This document shows, one piece after another, positions 24,001 through 39,000 of a DNA stretch of 64,000 nucleotides (position 1 is its first letter; every line of letters begins with the position of its first letter). Made by a program: the position numbers and the translations under genes. A model generated the notes under the pieces. It did not search any database and was not told the origin of the DNA. It saw only the letters and a program-made list of their open reading frames with translations. Source of the DNA: Candidatus Omnitrophota bacterium (GTDB taxonomy: Bacteria > Omnitrophota > Gorgyraeia > Duberdicusellales > 4484-171). The stretch spans positions 96,001 through 160,000 of the forward strand of contig JAIPGM010000001.1 in NCBI GenBank assembly GCA_021735655.1, read 5' to 3'.

Positions 24001-27000
24001 AATTCCTTCATTGCGTGTTCCTTATGATAGTAGTTTTCCGGATGCCTTGTCAGCCTTTGGAGCAAAACTGAAAGCTCCGGTGATGATGCTTGACCATTCA
24101 GCTTGTCATTTTAGCCGGGCACAGCAGCCACTTTTAGGTATGATGTATGACGAACAATATTTGAGATCTAATATCGCTATTAATTGGTTAAATAACCAAA
24201 GAGATCTTTCAGAAGTTACTGATTTGCTTTTAGAAGATACAGTTTTAATAGCGGTAAATGCAAATACATTGCTTAATGGCTCTTACGATCCAAAACATGC
24301 GTCGTTTTTAGATGATTGTGATGGAATCCTCGATCGTAGCCCCAAGGAAACAGTAAGCATCGCCGGTCAAGATACTCCGATTGGAGATGCTTTCTTCAGG
24401 GTTTATGAAGCACGCACTGATAAAGCGATAGCTAGTTATAATGCTGATGCTCAGGCTAAACCTTTAGATAACGGAAAGATAAGTCCAGCCGAACAACGCC
24501 TAGTCAAAGATACACTTTTAATTTCCTATCGAGAAGAAACAACCATTCCGGAAGGTTTCCTTAAAGCGGAAGCTGATTCAAAAAGGTTTGAGGCTTATTT
24601 AGATAAGCAAGTTAGACATATTTTATGGGAAATGAGTACAAATATAATTTTACATGCAGCCGGTAATGGCTCAGTAACTGTTAATCTAGTTACTTTAGAT
24701 GGTCAGTCGGCCTTAGAAATTATTTCTGAGAGTGATGCTTCGGAATTCTCATTAAGTAACTTTTTTGTTAGTTATGATGATTTAGTTAATTTTGCCGCTA
24801 ACCTTAGTAGTAAACATGTGGGATTATTACAGATGATGCAATATGCTGATCGTTTCCGATTTACTCATCGAGATGGCATTTTAACTATTGAAATCGTAAA
24901 GTGGCAAGATCAGACACAACCAAAGGAAATTGCTATTGATTTAGCAGTTGATCAGGCTTCAGTTGAGACAGCCTTAGCTAAAGTTAGGACTGCTCCTAAT
25001 AGTAATCGTCAGCGTTTAGAAATACTTTCTCAAGATAAGGGAGAAATTGGTGCAGTAGCTCAAATTTTTATTCAGAGCATTAGTGCGCCTTTAGATAATG
25101 GAAAGAAACTTGACCCTGAGACCGAACTTAGAAGAATCGCTCAAGAGTTAGATGATTTAGGCTTGGGCCAAGCTGATGTCAGTGACAGTATTGATAGAGT
25201 AAGGGTTGCTTTAGGGCAAGGTTGGTATATACCGGAAAATAGGCCGCATATTGAAATTCTAGGCGATGAGCAGGGGAGGCTTTTACGTGCCTTAGATGAA
25301 ACTCATCTGCATCAAGAGCTGCCGGTAGTCGGAGCCGTAGATACAATAGTTGCAAAGTTGTGTGGTTTTTGTTTTCGTTCGGCTGACGTAGTAGTTTTAT
25401 CGCCCAGAGGAAGGAGAGGTTTCTTTATTCGTCGGGCAATTAAACCATATGAGGGTTATCTTACTTTGGTTGGCGGCGGGGTCCAGAGCGGTAGTTATGA
25501 AACAACCGCAAGAATGGAGATAAGAGAAGAGTTGATTTTAAGCAGATTACCAACTAATCCAATACAGATTATTAGTTATTATATTGCCGTAAAGCACATA
25601 TCTTATCTTAAAGGTGCTTTCTTATTATATATTTTAACTGATGATGAATTAGGCCAAGCTAGGGAATCCAGTCGCCGGGTTAATTCAGCTAAGGTAAATA
25701 AGAGCCGAGGAGAATTTATTGCTTGGTTAGCTCAACAGCGCGATCAGGAAGATGGTACTGGCGAGGCTTTTGGAATTTATGAGATTGATCTTGAAACAGT
25801 ATTTGATCGTCATCTACCGAATCCTGAAGTAGCTGGCGAAATTGGCCTAAGAATTCCTGAAACTTACGTTGGTGGTGAAGTTGAAGAAGAGTTTGCCGCC
25901 TATACCCCGGATATATTACAGTTATTTATGCAAGATCCAGCAAGGATAGCCAGAGCTAAAGAGGAATCCTTGAAACTCATCCGAGGACCTTTAGATAATG
26001 GAAAAACCCAGCAAGAAAGGAAACGTATTTTAGCTAGAGCTCGGTCAATCAGAAATACCAACCACGATATTGGTAATCATCTAAATGGTTTGCTAGGCTG
26101 TTTGAAAGAATCCAAAGAAATTGAAGAAGCTTATGCGATTTTTGGAAGATTTTCCGCAGACATTGCTGGTTTAAGAAAGTATCGCGAAGGTGGCGAGGCT
26201 GTTACCGATCAAGTTCTTGATGAAATAGCTCAGGCTTGTGATCATTGTGAAGCATTATTGGAAGAGTTACGTGATAAACTTCTTGAATTTGAATTTATCC
26301 GGACTATGGGTATTGACGATTTGGGTGAATGTTTTAGTCATATGGATCTAGAAATAAGAGGGTGGTTAGTCCAGGCAACCAAAGATGCCTATGATGTAGT
26401 TTTAATGTTGTTACATGACGAGATAGCCATTTTTAGTGCAGTTGAGGCAATAACTTTTATAACTCGAAGAGAGGCTAGCGAAGAAGAACTTGAGGTTCCC
26501 GAGATAAGGGTCAATCCTGAAGGTAGTCGAGTTATAGTATCGATAAACAGTCGTTACTTTTTAGGAATTTTTATGAATATCATCAGGAATTCTTGCACAG
26601 TTTGCAAGGGAATGTCTGGTCCGTTTGCTTCGATTGAAATTGATGAATCAGGAGAAGAATTTAAAGTTGTGGTTCGCGATAACGGACCGGGCATGAATGA
26701 TGCTCAGGTGCATCAATACAATCTTCAAGCGGTCGGTGATCTAACGGCTGTTACCGGAGTAATTTCTTCAAAGCCAGCCAAGGTACATGCTGAATCAAGT
26801 GGCTACGGCCGAGGCCTAAAAGAAGTTATTGCTGATATTGTTTTGCTTGGTGGGCGTACTTTTGTTGAGCGGTTATCAGCCGGAGGCATGCAAACCGTAG
26901 TAATTTTACCGAAACGACAAATAAAGAAACCTTTAGATAATGGCAAAAAATCTTTAAAATCTCGCCTAGCTGAAGCCGATACAGTAATTATTCCTACGCT

Positions 27001-30000
27001 GGTTGGTTTAACTGAGGGTCGAATTACTATGATAGTAGGTGATAATTTTGTGTCTTCTTACCAAACAGTTTTAGAGTTTTTAAATAGTGAAAAAACTAAC
27101 ATAACCGCTCTAAAGACAATATCAGGAGTTTTAAGTGAATTTTTCTTCGACGGTCATCCTAAGGCGGTAATGGTAGGTGAAGCTGATCTAGAGGCGGTGG
27201 GTATAGTTTTACCTGAGAGTGGAATAATTGATCCATCCAAAGATAATGTAGACATAGATGATTTAAGACAAAAGATCCTTGAGCTGCGTGATGTCATTGC
27301 CGGGTTTCCTTTAAGTCAAGTTGAAGAGTTTGAACAACATAAGTTTGATACCTTGGCTGACAATAAAAAACAAAAAATAGACGAAGATTTAACCGTATAT
27401 GCTAATACTCATATCTTTGACCTTAGATTAAGGGCAAAAAATGAAAGTGAAGTTGTGGTAAGAACTTTTAAGAATTCTCCGGTTGTTTCAGATCAAGTAG
27501 AGATTTTGGGAGTTGGCCCGGAAACTATCCAAACATGGTCAAGAATAATAGAAGCTTCAGAATTAATTGCTCTTTTTGGCCAGTTCCCTCAAGAATTAAC
27601 TCCAGCCTTAGAGGATAAAGTTATAGTGAAAGTTGCTGTTCCGCTTGATAACGGCCGGAATAGTTCAGCTGATACAACTAACCAGCTATTAACCCAACTT
27701 GAGCAAATGGCTCGCGGTCAGATTCCTGACGCTCAAGCCAGTAAAATAATTAAACAACTTTTAGTTTTGGGTACCGAGCGTTCGGATGTCCAAAGAGCTT
27801 TATTACTTTACAGTCGCCTGAGAGAGAAGCCACTCGATGGTTTATTTGATAATTATCATATAAATGGTGTGCCGGTAAGATTAGCAAGAGATCAAGAAGT
27901 CGTTTATATGACTAGAACCGGAAAAACTTTTAAACAGGTTTTTGGTGGTAAAAATATTATGGTTGTCGAAGTCCATCCGGATGACGCTATGCTTAATTTT
28001 GGTGATCTTGCCTTTGCTTTAAAAATGTATGGCGATAGTAATACTATTTTTGCTATGGCCATACCTGATCCAGCCGGAGTTTCTGATTATCAAGTAGATT
28101 TTATCAGAGTCCTTTACCTGATTAGTGAGTTTCTTGCGTTCTCAAAATCTGGGGATTTCGTAACCAAAATTGCAGAAAACCCTTTTATGAATACGAGTTC
28201 AAATGTATTAAAGTCTTGGATTCGGAGCGCTGAAGCTAAACTTGGGTCTGATTGCATGGCTCAAGGTGAATATGTAGATTTAGAGATAAACTTACCGATT
28301 GATCAAGCAGCTCGTGATGAATCTGGCCGATTGTTATCATTTGAGACTATATTCCAGGAACCAACTGATGAAGATCAAGAAAAAGTAGATAATTTAGTTA
28401 AGCAGCATTCCGATAGAGATATCTATATAGTTCCATCTCCGTTTTCGAATCATCCGCATCATCGAGCAATAGCCCGGATATTTTTATCAGCTATTTATCA
28501 ATTTAATCCGAATGCCCAGATATTTCTTTGGGATGATGATTTAAGTTTTAGACAGCATCGAATGAGAGCAAACACATTCTATTTCTATAGTCAATTAGAA
28601 CAGGCTCATAAGGAGAAATGGATTGAAAAAATTTATGATTCTCAAATTCTAAGAAGAGGTAAGGGTTTTTATGCCCAGCGAGCCGAACAAATAGCTTTAG
28701 CTGCGGCTGATGCTGGATTTAAAGAGATGATATTTGAGCGTGGCGATGTAGAGGCTTTCCTGGTTATTTTGGCCCATGAGCTTTTTTACGCTGAAAGATT
28801 ATTAAAGGTGAACATTGTTGAACGGCCAGCAGGTAGGCCTCTCGACAACGGTCGTCAATCAGATAAGGTTCAAGAAATAAGCTTTAGTGATAGAGTAGCG
28901 CTCAGACTTTTAAGCTTCTTGCATTTAATTAGAATGCCTACTTGGATTGTTTGGCATCTTACGCCAATTCGTTTTCGGGGTGGAATATTAGTTAGCGGCG
29001 GTGATTGTGCTGGTCTTAACCCAGTTGCCGGATATCTTTCGCGTTATCTTTGGCAAGATGGCCATATGCTAGCCGGGGTTAAAAAAGGCTTAGATGGCTT
29101 GATTAAAGCTGACCCAACTTCTGAGATTGTTCCAATAACTAGGGGAATGGCTAAGATTATGCCTTATGCTCCGAGTTTTGAATTTGCTTCAACCCGCAGG
29201 AATTTAAAAGAGGGAGAAGCTGAGACCGCCGTAGCCTTAGATAATATCCGTAAGAATTTTGGATTTTTAGTAGTTATTGGCGGCAATGATCATCTTTATG
29301 AAGCTAAAAAATTAGGTGAATTATTGGAGAAGGCCGGGTTAAAAGTTATTGTAGTTGGCGTGCCTAAAACAATTGATGCTGACACTTTATACACTAAACC
29401 CTTAGGAATTGAGTCAGCTGCCCAAGCGGTGAACGAATATGTTTATCGGGCAGCAGCTTTACCGGGGTCAGGCGAAGTAGTAATTATTGAAGCTATGGGT
29501 CGGGATTGCGGTTATTTAGCAGCTCGGGCCGGAGATAGAAGAGATGAAGCGATCGCCTTACTTGGTGCCGAGTTAGCCGAAAAAGCCGAAAAAGCCAAGC
29601 CAACTATGGAGACTTATGTTCCCGAGCATCCTAAAACTGTAGCTGAAATCCGCCGCCGGGCTAGAGAAAAAATGGCTAAAGTCGGAGCAATAACTATTAT
29701 TCTTTCTGAAGGTTTTAGAATTAACCAAACAGATGATCCGGACTATGGACCATTGCTAGAGGCTAATCCAGTATTAGCTGAAATCCTTAGAGGGCTTAAG
29801 CCTGACACACAAGGAAATATTGTTATTCCACAAGGTATTGCTGCTGAATTTGTCGCAGCTATTTTAGCCGAATATAATCCGACAATAGAAGTATTAGGTT
29901 TTACACCGCGCGGGGCTATCCCGGTTGATCAGGAAAGAGAGCTTGCTTCCGGTTTTGCCCGTCAAGCTAGAAAAGCTATAGTTGAAAGAATCAGTGGCAG

Positions 30001-33000
30001 GGCTGTTGCCTGTTGTGATGATATTAATCATCCGGCTGATTTAGGCGTTATTGACCTTGTGCCGATAACTCGGGTTTGCGGTAAAGATGCTAAAGGAAGA
30101 TCCATCAGTAAAGATGTAGATCAAATTATGAGTTTAACTGATCAGAAAGCAGCCGGAGTGATAATTTCCGATAATCAAGAAATTATGCCGGAAGAACCAT
30201 CAGCTGAGACTATTCGGAATAAAGATCCGCCGACTACCGTTAGCGCAGTTGCTGCAACTGCAATTTCAGCCTGGGCACATCGTCGGCCTTCAATTTTTGT
30301 TATTCGCGGGCAGGAAGCTGATGAAACAGTTAATCGATTAGCAGATCTTTTAGCTGCATCAACCAATTTAGGGGTTATCTATGTACGTCAAAGAACTGAA
30401 AATTCATATCTTGTTCTTTCGCGAAATACGTCTTTATCCTTAGGGGAGGTTCTTTCTAGCGCTCACCAGATAAAAGCAGCTGTTGGCCATCTCAATGTTG
30501 TTGTTTCACCATATTTTCAAATCAGAAAGAATGATCCAGTCATAGTTCAGTTAAGCCAAGTCAGAGAAAGGCTAACTGCTGAATTATCTGCCTTAGGTGA
30601 AGCTAAGGACAATCAAGCTAAGCGAGAAGGTATAATCAAGGCTCTTGCGCCTTATCGAGAGTTAGCCTTACGTTTAGCTAATGGCGATATTTCTGATTCA
30701 GCCTACTACGAATTTAATCCAGCCTTAAATGATCTTGGTCAGGTAGTTAAATTGATACTTTCCTTAGCTGTTCCTCAGGTCGAGAATCATACAGGGCCAT
30801 TGTCCGGCATGCGGCTGACTTCTTTAGGCCGGGCTTTAGATAGAGAAGAGAGAATCTTAACTTATAAACCGCTTGACAATGGCAAATCAAAAGAAGTTAT
30901 GACAGTTTCACACTTAGCTTATCCGACAAAGGCAGCTCTTATTCTTGAATTTGGTTTTTATCATGAAATAGAGCTTACTGCGGGGTACTTTTGCCTAGAG
31001 AATGAAGGTTTAGAAACAACTGTCGGTTTTAGAAGATGGTCTGAGCAACTAGAAGACTACTTAGAACAACCAAAACGTGGTCAGCAAGGAAATTTAGTCG
31101 CGATAATATTTGATGTTCCAATTGGATGGATTACAAATGGTGAGCGGATAGTATGGCATCAAGATGTAGGTTCGACTTTTTTAAGTTTGTCATCGGAAAC
31201 AAAAGTGGAAGCATTACCGCAGGAATTTTTAGATAGATTGGCCGCCGAAGATGTTGAGTGGTGGGGCAAGCAAGGTTTAGAAATGAATCTGGCCGATTTT
31301 TTTGCTTTGCATTATCGCAGGGGCACCTTAGGCCATGTGCCAGCTGAAAGTCTAAATCTTGAACAAACCATACAGCGAAATGTAGCACATTATGATGAAA
31401 GTTTTCTTGAAACATTAGTTGGCCAAAAGTTAACAGCGATGAGCCAATTGGCACCTCTCGATAATGGCATCAGAAAGTCTGGCCCTCGTTCGCATATCGG
31501 AACTTCAGGGAAAGTGACGAAAGTTCAACCAGTTGCCAAAGTTGGTGATCGTGATGCTGATCCTGAAGAACTAAAGAAAGAAACCAAAACCAAAAAAAGT
31601 GAGCCAAAAGCTATTGATTTTGGTCCAGCGGTAATTGTTGAGCTTTCTCAAGAAGCGCAAAGGTTGTTGGCTGAATCGAAAGATGGCCCAGACAATCCTG
31701 ACGGAAAATCTCAAGCCCCACTTGATAATGGCGTTAATGGTCTTGAGGTGATCAGCCAGGAAGAAGTGTTTTATAAAAATATTCACGAACATTTATCTCA
31801 ACGATCAGTGCCAGCTGATCAGATAGATTTTATTATTAAGGCAATGCGCTTAAATGCGCGCCATAATTTTGTTTCGCAATTAAGTAGACCGGCAACCTAT
31901 AATTCAAATTATCCGATATTTATCGGTAATTGCATGATGTCTCAAGGTACTGGTGTTGCCTATCAAGCCGCGCTGTTAAAACTTGAATATGGACAGTATG
32001 TGCTTGAGGTGGGAACCGGTTCAGGCTGGCAAACCGCCATATTAGCTACTTTAAGCTATGGCGGTAGTGTTTATTCAATCGAACAAGACCTCGAAGTAGC
32101 TAGGGTTGCTCAAAGTAATATTTCGGCGGCGAGGATTAGCAATATTTTCCTTATTCAAGCTGATGCAATGCAACCAATAGATGTATTAGCCGGTAAAAAA
32201 TTTGAACGAATCATTGTTTCCGGGGCATTACCACAAGGAATACCGGTCATATTGTTAGATTATCTCGACTTGTCAGGAATAATGATTGCTCCGATAAATC
32301 ACGGTAACTCTAGTGATAGTTTATGGAGGATTACCAAGGGGTATGACGGAACCATGGCTGCATCTAGAGTAGATAAAAATATGAGATTCCAGCGGATCAA
32401 TGTTGCAAGTAGTACCTCAGTAATTCCAGTTAATCAGGCTAAGAAATTACAAGATTTATCTATTGAGCAAGCTACAGAGCTTGGTGTTCTGTTGGCTGAT
32501 AGGAAAGCTCGAGCTCCGCTTGATAATGGAAAATCTTTATCGAGACGTAGCTTTGGTTTTATGGTGACCGCTTTGGGAGTGGGGTCATTTTTGACTGTTT
32601 GTTCTAAGTCCTCTGATTTGAAACCGGAAGGCAATCTCATTGGGACTGGACTCACAGTAGGATTAACTTTCGCTCCTGGATTAGGAAGAAATATTGGGGC
32701 ATATGAGGAGACAGTATGGACTGATCAGGATGTTGAATTTTTATGCCAAGAAGCGAAATTGATCAGAAAATTATGGAATGTTCCTTTTGTTTTATTCTCT
32801 GTTTATACTCCTCCGATTGCCGGTAGCAATTACGCTCAAAGTTATCGATGGATTAAGCAGATGCATGAAGCTGGAGTTCGTCTTTTGCCACATATCTCAA
32901 ACTATGATGGTCGCTATCTTCCTTCACCAATCGATATTAATGCTTGGGGTATTTCTGGTAGGGAAAAGAACCTATACAAAGATTTTATTAGGGGTTTGTA

Positions 33001-36000
33001 TCATGAGTTTAGCTTACGCAATGAAGAGGGTATTTTTTCTGAAACTATTGTTGGTTGGAATGTTTTTAACGAATATGATTATTTAGCTGTAAATAATCCT
33101 AAATGGTTTGCCAGAACGGGCGAGATTGAGGGATTATTGCAGGGTCTGGATGAAGCTGGGATAGTTGATAATCAAGAAAGAACAAGGGTAATACACGGGC
33201 ATGTTATCGATAATATCCTTTTAGCTACAGAGGAAACAACTCGAGGCATTATTGGAGTCTATCAAGACCTAGGTCTTGATCCTAAGCCGATATATACAGT
33301 TTGGGCTGGATTGCCGACAACTGAACAGGTTGCTAAAGTTCCTTCTTTGACTGGTTGGTCATTTAATCGTTATGATAAACCAGGCCTGTTAGAATCTTTA
33401 GAAAATGCTGCTCAGATAGTTGGTGGTAAAGAAATAAATATCCATGAGATCGGGGAGAGTTCTCATGATGGAGAGGATGTTCAAGCGATAGAGCTGGCTA
33501 GAACATTAAATGAGATAGTTGGGGCAAGAGCAAAATTTCCGAATTTGCGTCACTTTATGTTTATGAGCGCTAACGATAATCACTGGAAACCGGAGCTAGA
33601 AAGCACAACAGCAGGATACCGAAGATTTGATAGACAAGGAACTCCTTTCTATGGTCAACATTGGGGATTGTTTGCGACAATATTTGATGATGATGGCAAT
33701 GCCATAGCAGTTAGGCCGAAGAAAGCTGTCGGTGCTTTAAGTGTAGAAATTAGTAAGCTGGCTAATGCAAATAAAGCTGGTCAGCCACTTGATAATGGCC
33801 GGGATAGCTCAGCATTAGGCTCAATTACTACTCGGATTAATGTTTCAGCCAATAACCATTCAGTACAATTACAGGGACATCAACATTTAGTGGTCATTGC
33901 TCCTTTCGAAGATTTAAATCAACAGGACAGAGCTACTTTAGATGAACTTCTTGAAACCAAACTACCAATTGGTGACTATGTATTTATCGGCGAAGGAACT
34001 TTTGGTCTGTTAATGGTTGCTAAGATGGCCCTGTTAAAAAATAGCGATATCCGCGATAGTCAGCTAGCCGAACATTTAGGAAATGTCATTGAACTGGCTA
34101 GCTTGATGAATCAAGGGCTTAGCTCAACCGGCTTAAACTTAGGTGAGCCTATAGCCGAGCATCTTAATCGAGTGGTTGAATATTTTCCTTTAACTAATAA
34201 TCAGCGGCTAATAGCCCTTATTCGTAATTTAGTGATAATGCATTATGGGGAACCAGTAATGTTTTTTACTCAGTTTGCTCAAGATCCCGGTCGCTTCCGA
34301 GGAGTTTATCTATCAACCCTTGCAACCAGTCCGGAGATCATCAACCAGATGGAAATACAATATCAGAGGCAAGTACCGCTTAATAACGGAAAAGATACCG
34401 CAAAATATGTTTCAACTAAAGCAGTAATCGTACTTGGTGTATCTGGTTCAGGAAAAACTACCTTTATTGATAATTTGCTTGATGATCGGCACGACCGTTT
34501 TATTTTCCCGCGACTTACTACTACCCGAAAACCACGCAGTGGAGAAACTGCTGATCGTTATCGAGTTTTTGTTAGCCAAGAATTATTTGATTCAAAAGAT
34601 CGGGCCGATCAAATGTTAATGGTAAGAAGGGGCCGTCATGGCGGCTATGCTTATGGGTTAGATAGAGGTAATTTGGATAGGTGCTGCGCCACCGGTAAAG
34701 CATTACTTTTTGATACAACTTCAATCGCTGGGGTAGAGCGAATAAGAGAAATTTTTCCTCAGGCTGAGGTAATCACGGTTATACCTAAATCATTCGATAG
34801 GCTCAAAATTTTAAGCGATGAGCAAATTAAACGTATTCTTGAGTCGCGAATGAAGACAAGACGCATGAGTAGGGTTGATACTGAAAAACGCCTTCAGGAG
34901 GCTGTAAATGAGCTTAAAAGATTTCCTGAGCTTAAACCAGAAGTGGTTGTTGTGAATGATTCAATTGATGACTTAGATGAAAATATGACTAGATTTAATC
35001 AGGCAGCCGTGGAGTTAGTTTCTAAAAATCAGCCGTTAGATAACGGAGTCGATGAAGCGCATTGGCGACACAATCTTGACTTAAAAGGTTTTACTGAATT
35101 TTCTGATGAATATATTGATTTTCTTAAGAGAGTTGATGATCGAGAGGCTAATGATGCCTTTTGGCAACCGATCGAAAGATTTAATCAAAGATTAAAAAGC
35201 AATAAAGCTTTAGCTAGAAAACTTTTAGATTTATCGCAGATAATGCTTGATCAGGAAGTTTCAGCTGCTGAGGCTTTAATTGAGGCCTTAGCGCAAGTTG
35301 ATAATCGTAATGATTCAGAAGTTGCCTTTGAACAGGTAATTGAACTAGCGGCAGTTTTCTTAAGAAGAAATTTTGACCCGAGGGCTTCGCTCATGCATGG
35401 AGTAGTGGCTATAGCCAGTGCGGCTAAATCAGCAACTGATTTAGAAAGTTGTTTGGCTCTTGCCTTGAACATAGCCGAAGATGCTTCTTGGGATTATCCA
35501 CAAATAAATTTTGCAATCCAGTTTGATATTCCTTTGATTGCTTTAGAAACTAATGATCCAGAGGTTTTAGCTACTCAGTTAGAGTTTTTAGTCAGCCGTC
35601 AAGGATATTCGCAAGCTCGAGCTTATGCCCGGACCCATTGGATGTATAATTTTAGAAGAAAAAATAGTTTTCGCACTACTGATTGTTACGAAGTTGGCCC
35701 AGATGGTCCAAATTGGAAAAAAGGTTATGTTCGCAGAGGATTAGTAGAATTAATTGCTTATAAAAGATTTATTAAAGCTATAGCTAGAGCACAAGAACAA
35801 GGATTAGGCATTGAATCTCGTATAGCTACTAAAGAAAAACAAGTTTATCGTGGTCTGGTTAGGGCTGAAACTCACAGTGATTCAGGCACCTATTATACTT
35901 GGGAGCAAGATTTAATAGTAGCCGTTTGCCCAGTATTTTTAAAAGAGACAGTAGTTTCTAAAACTGATCTGACCGGTCAATTTTTCCCCGGCTTATTAAG

Positions 36001-39000
36001 AGTCGAAAATGATCAAGATATTAGCTTATTAGATTGGCATGTTCAGCGTGTTGTTGGTCAATTCCAAAGTTGGGTTACACATAGGCATAGAAATTTTGAT
36101 CAATGGCCACGTTGTCGACGCGATAATTTATTGCTTGAAGCTTACTTACAGCACCAGATTTATGATACCTATAAAAAATTTGCCAGTATTTGGGCTCGGG
36201 CTTATCAAGAAGCATTCATTCCGCAAAAATATCCTAAGGGGAGTCAAAATGATAATCCAGTATATTTAGCTGCAGTTGAAGCAATTGCTTGGTTAGATCA
36301 GGTTGGTGGAGTTGCCAACGAGCAACGTTTGGCCAAGCTGGATGAGCTAGACGATAAACATCAATTAGGGAGATATCGAATATTACTCCAGAAAGCTTTG
36401 CTTGAACCTCAGACTACAGGAGTCTCGCAAGTAACTCAAAAAGTTATCGGAGAGGAAGGTATTTCTGGCAAACCTTTAGATAACGGGAGAGTAAATAAAG
36501 AAGAATTAGCGGTTACAGCAGTTAAAAGAGGGAACACCTCACCGTGGCTGGCGGGTCCCCTCTCTGCTGTAGCCCCTATATATATAGGTAAACAATCGCT
36601 ACCTTTGGATAATGGTAAGTCAATTCAAGAACAATTCATTGAAGATGTAATTGTTTTTTGGAAAGTTTGGGATAAACAATATCCTAGAGATATTGAATCT
36701 AGCATTTGCGTACTCGAAGGCGTAAAAGCTTTGAAAGCCAAAGGTTATATAGTCTATTCTGGCTCAGAGCATCAATTGAATATGGCAATTGCTGGTTTAT
36801 GGAGAAATGTTTCTGAAGATGATAAGTTTGCAATAAAAGAAGCTGTACGTTTATTGGCTGAAAATGTTAGACAACATGCTGACGATAGCGGAAGATTGAT
36901 AGCCTTTTTTGATCGTGAAGATGATGTGCTTTATTTAGCTATGGTTGATGTTGGTCCGGGATTTTTCCGTGATGATGAAGGAAGACCGGTTATTCGGAGA
37001 AAAGATGATCGGTTTGAACAACGTCCGGATTCTACCGGCAGAGGGGTTGGTTTAAAGTGGGTTTCAGATCAGGTAGATGATTTACAAATCCATACGGGTG
37101 GGCATGTTAGCCGACAGCCTAAACCAACAATTGAGTCCGATTCAAGGATAGAAGATCTTAAAGGAACTTTTGTTTTTACGAAAATAAATTTAGCCAGTCA
37201 AGCCAGGGAGCCTTTAGATAATGGTTATGGAGTTTATCAAGGCAGGAGACTATATCTAGCTGCTGATCCGGTTCTAAGTGGAGTTAAAAGTATTCGGCGC
37301 GTGAATTTATCAGGTCTAACCACCAAGAGACAAAAACACACTTTATTCACTAGACGAAAAATTCTCGATTTAGTGAGTGTCCATGCTTTAGCGGCGGCCC
37401 ATGGTTATTCTTGGTTAAATGATATAAATAATAGTTATGCTAAAAACCAAGCTGATGGTGAGGTTACTTATTGGTTTGAGGTTTATTATGCTATGCTTTC
37501 CTGGTTAAAGGGAGAAATTTATAATGCTGAAGGAACTCGCGATGAGGCACCTAGTCTTTATGTCGGCCAACACGTTGGGGCTGGATTTCAAAGTGATTTT
37601 CCAGAAAGAGAAGAAGCGAATGTAGCTATCGGAATTGATCCTTTAGAGGTAACTAACGGAGTAGTTTCAGCAAAATTTCTTGGTAGTACTGCTCCGGCAG
37701 TATACGCACCACGTGGTGGGATTATGAAAATAACCGATTTAGCTTATCTTTGGGCTTTATCGGTTGGTCCGGCCGCCGGAAATTGCGATTTAAATTTAAA
37801 CTACAGCGTTAGAAAAAATATGACTAATCTAGCAGCTAGTTTAGGTAAGAAAACAAGTCAGCTCAGAGGGGTAATGTTATTCAGAGAAAGGCATTCACGG
37901 GTTCCTTTGTTGCAATTGGTTGAAAGCGGAATGCAGATAGATGAAGGTGATTCAGAACTTAGAGAATTCTTAAATGAGGCCAAACGAATCGAGGATAAAG
38001 AAAAACAATGTCAGAAGCCAAGCCTGCAAGATTTTGATAGTTTGAAGCAGACTTACAAAGCTTTTGATAGCAAGGTTAAGGCAACTGGGGTTTATCAAAG
38101 CGGGAACCTTACCTTTATTGCTGACGGGAACCTTATGCCAGCTTTAGTGGCTTTAAAGAGAGGCTCGGCAGATTTTATTTTTGACTCAGGGGGAACTTCC
38201 GAAGGAATTATGGCTGCGGCTAATGTAAGGGCAATTGGTGGAAAAATGAGCGCCCGGATTGTGCCTTATCAGGCAATGGCTGAAGGAAAGCTTCAGGCAA
38301 ACTTAGTTAAAGATAAAGATAAATTTTTAGAAAATGAACTAGCTGAGCTAGCGAGATATGGTTTTTATCCTAAAACTTCAAGAAGAAAATTGCAGCGAGG
38401 GCAATATCGTCTTAATCATGTTTTTGATGCTACAGATTTAGTCAGTGCTGAAGAAGCAGTTTTCTTGGCAGCTCACATTAAAGATAGTCCTTGGGACAGC
38501 AGATTGAAGGGAGTAAGATTCGACCGTTCGAGTGGTTATTTAGTCGTTGATGTTGTGGTTAGTACGACTGCGGGTGAAGTTTCAGTTTATCGGGTAACTA
38601 TGAATACAAAAGTTTCAGACGTAGAATCAAAATACGATGCGTTATATAAAGTGCGAGGATTGTCATTTAGTAGAATTTTAGACATATTTGATGGTCGTAG
38701 TCAAGCTCAGCAATTAGCTACTGATTACTATGATTTAGCTAAGGCTCTTGGAATGTTGGGTTTGTTTGAAGATGCTATTGATACATTTAGGTTTTCCGAA
38801 AATTTAAGAAGCAGTACTTATTCTTTTAGATGTCGCGCTGCTCAATCTCATTTCTTGGGGATGAAAATGATTCTAGAAGGTCAAGCAGGCCAAAACGCTA
38901 ACGAAATTGCTGCTAAACATTTTGAAGATTCCTTAGAGAGGAGTCGAAAGAGCCGAGACCCACAGCTAAGAACTAGAGAAAGGCTTATTGACCTTTATAA

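Noticed and set aside
25380-25530. Nudix hydrolase box in LVGGGVQSGSYETTARMEIREELIL
   Set aside because: The spacing of the G-x5-E-x7-REUxEExGU consensus is off by one and the REUxEE part does not fit. This is kept only as a weak note inside a finding, not as a feature.
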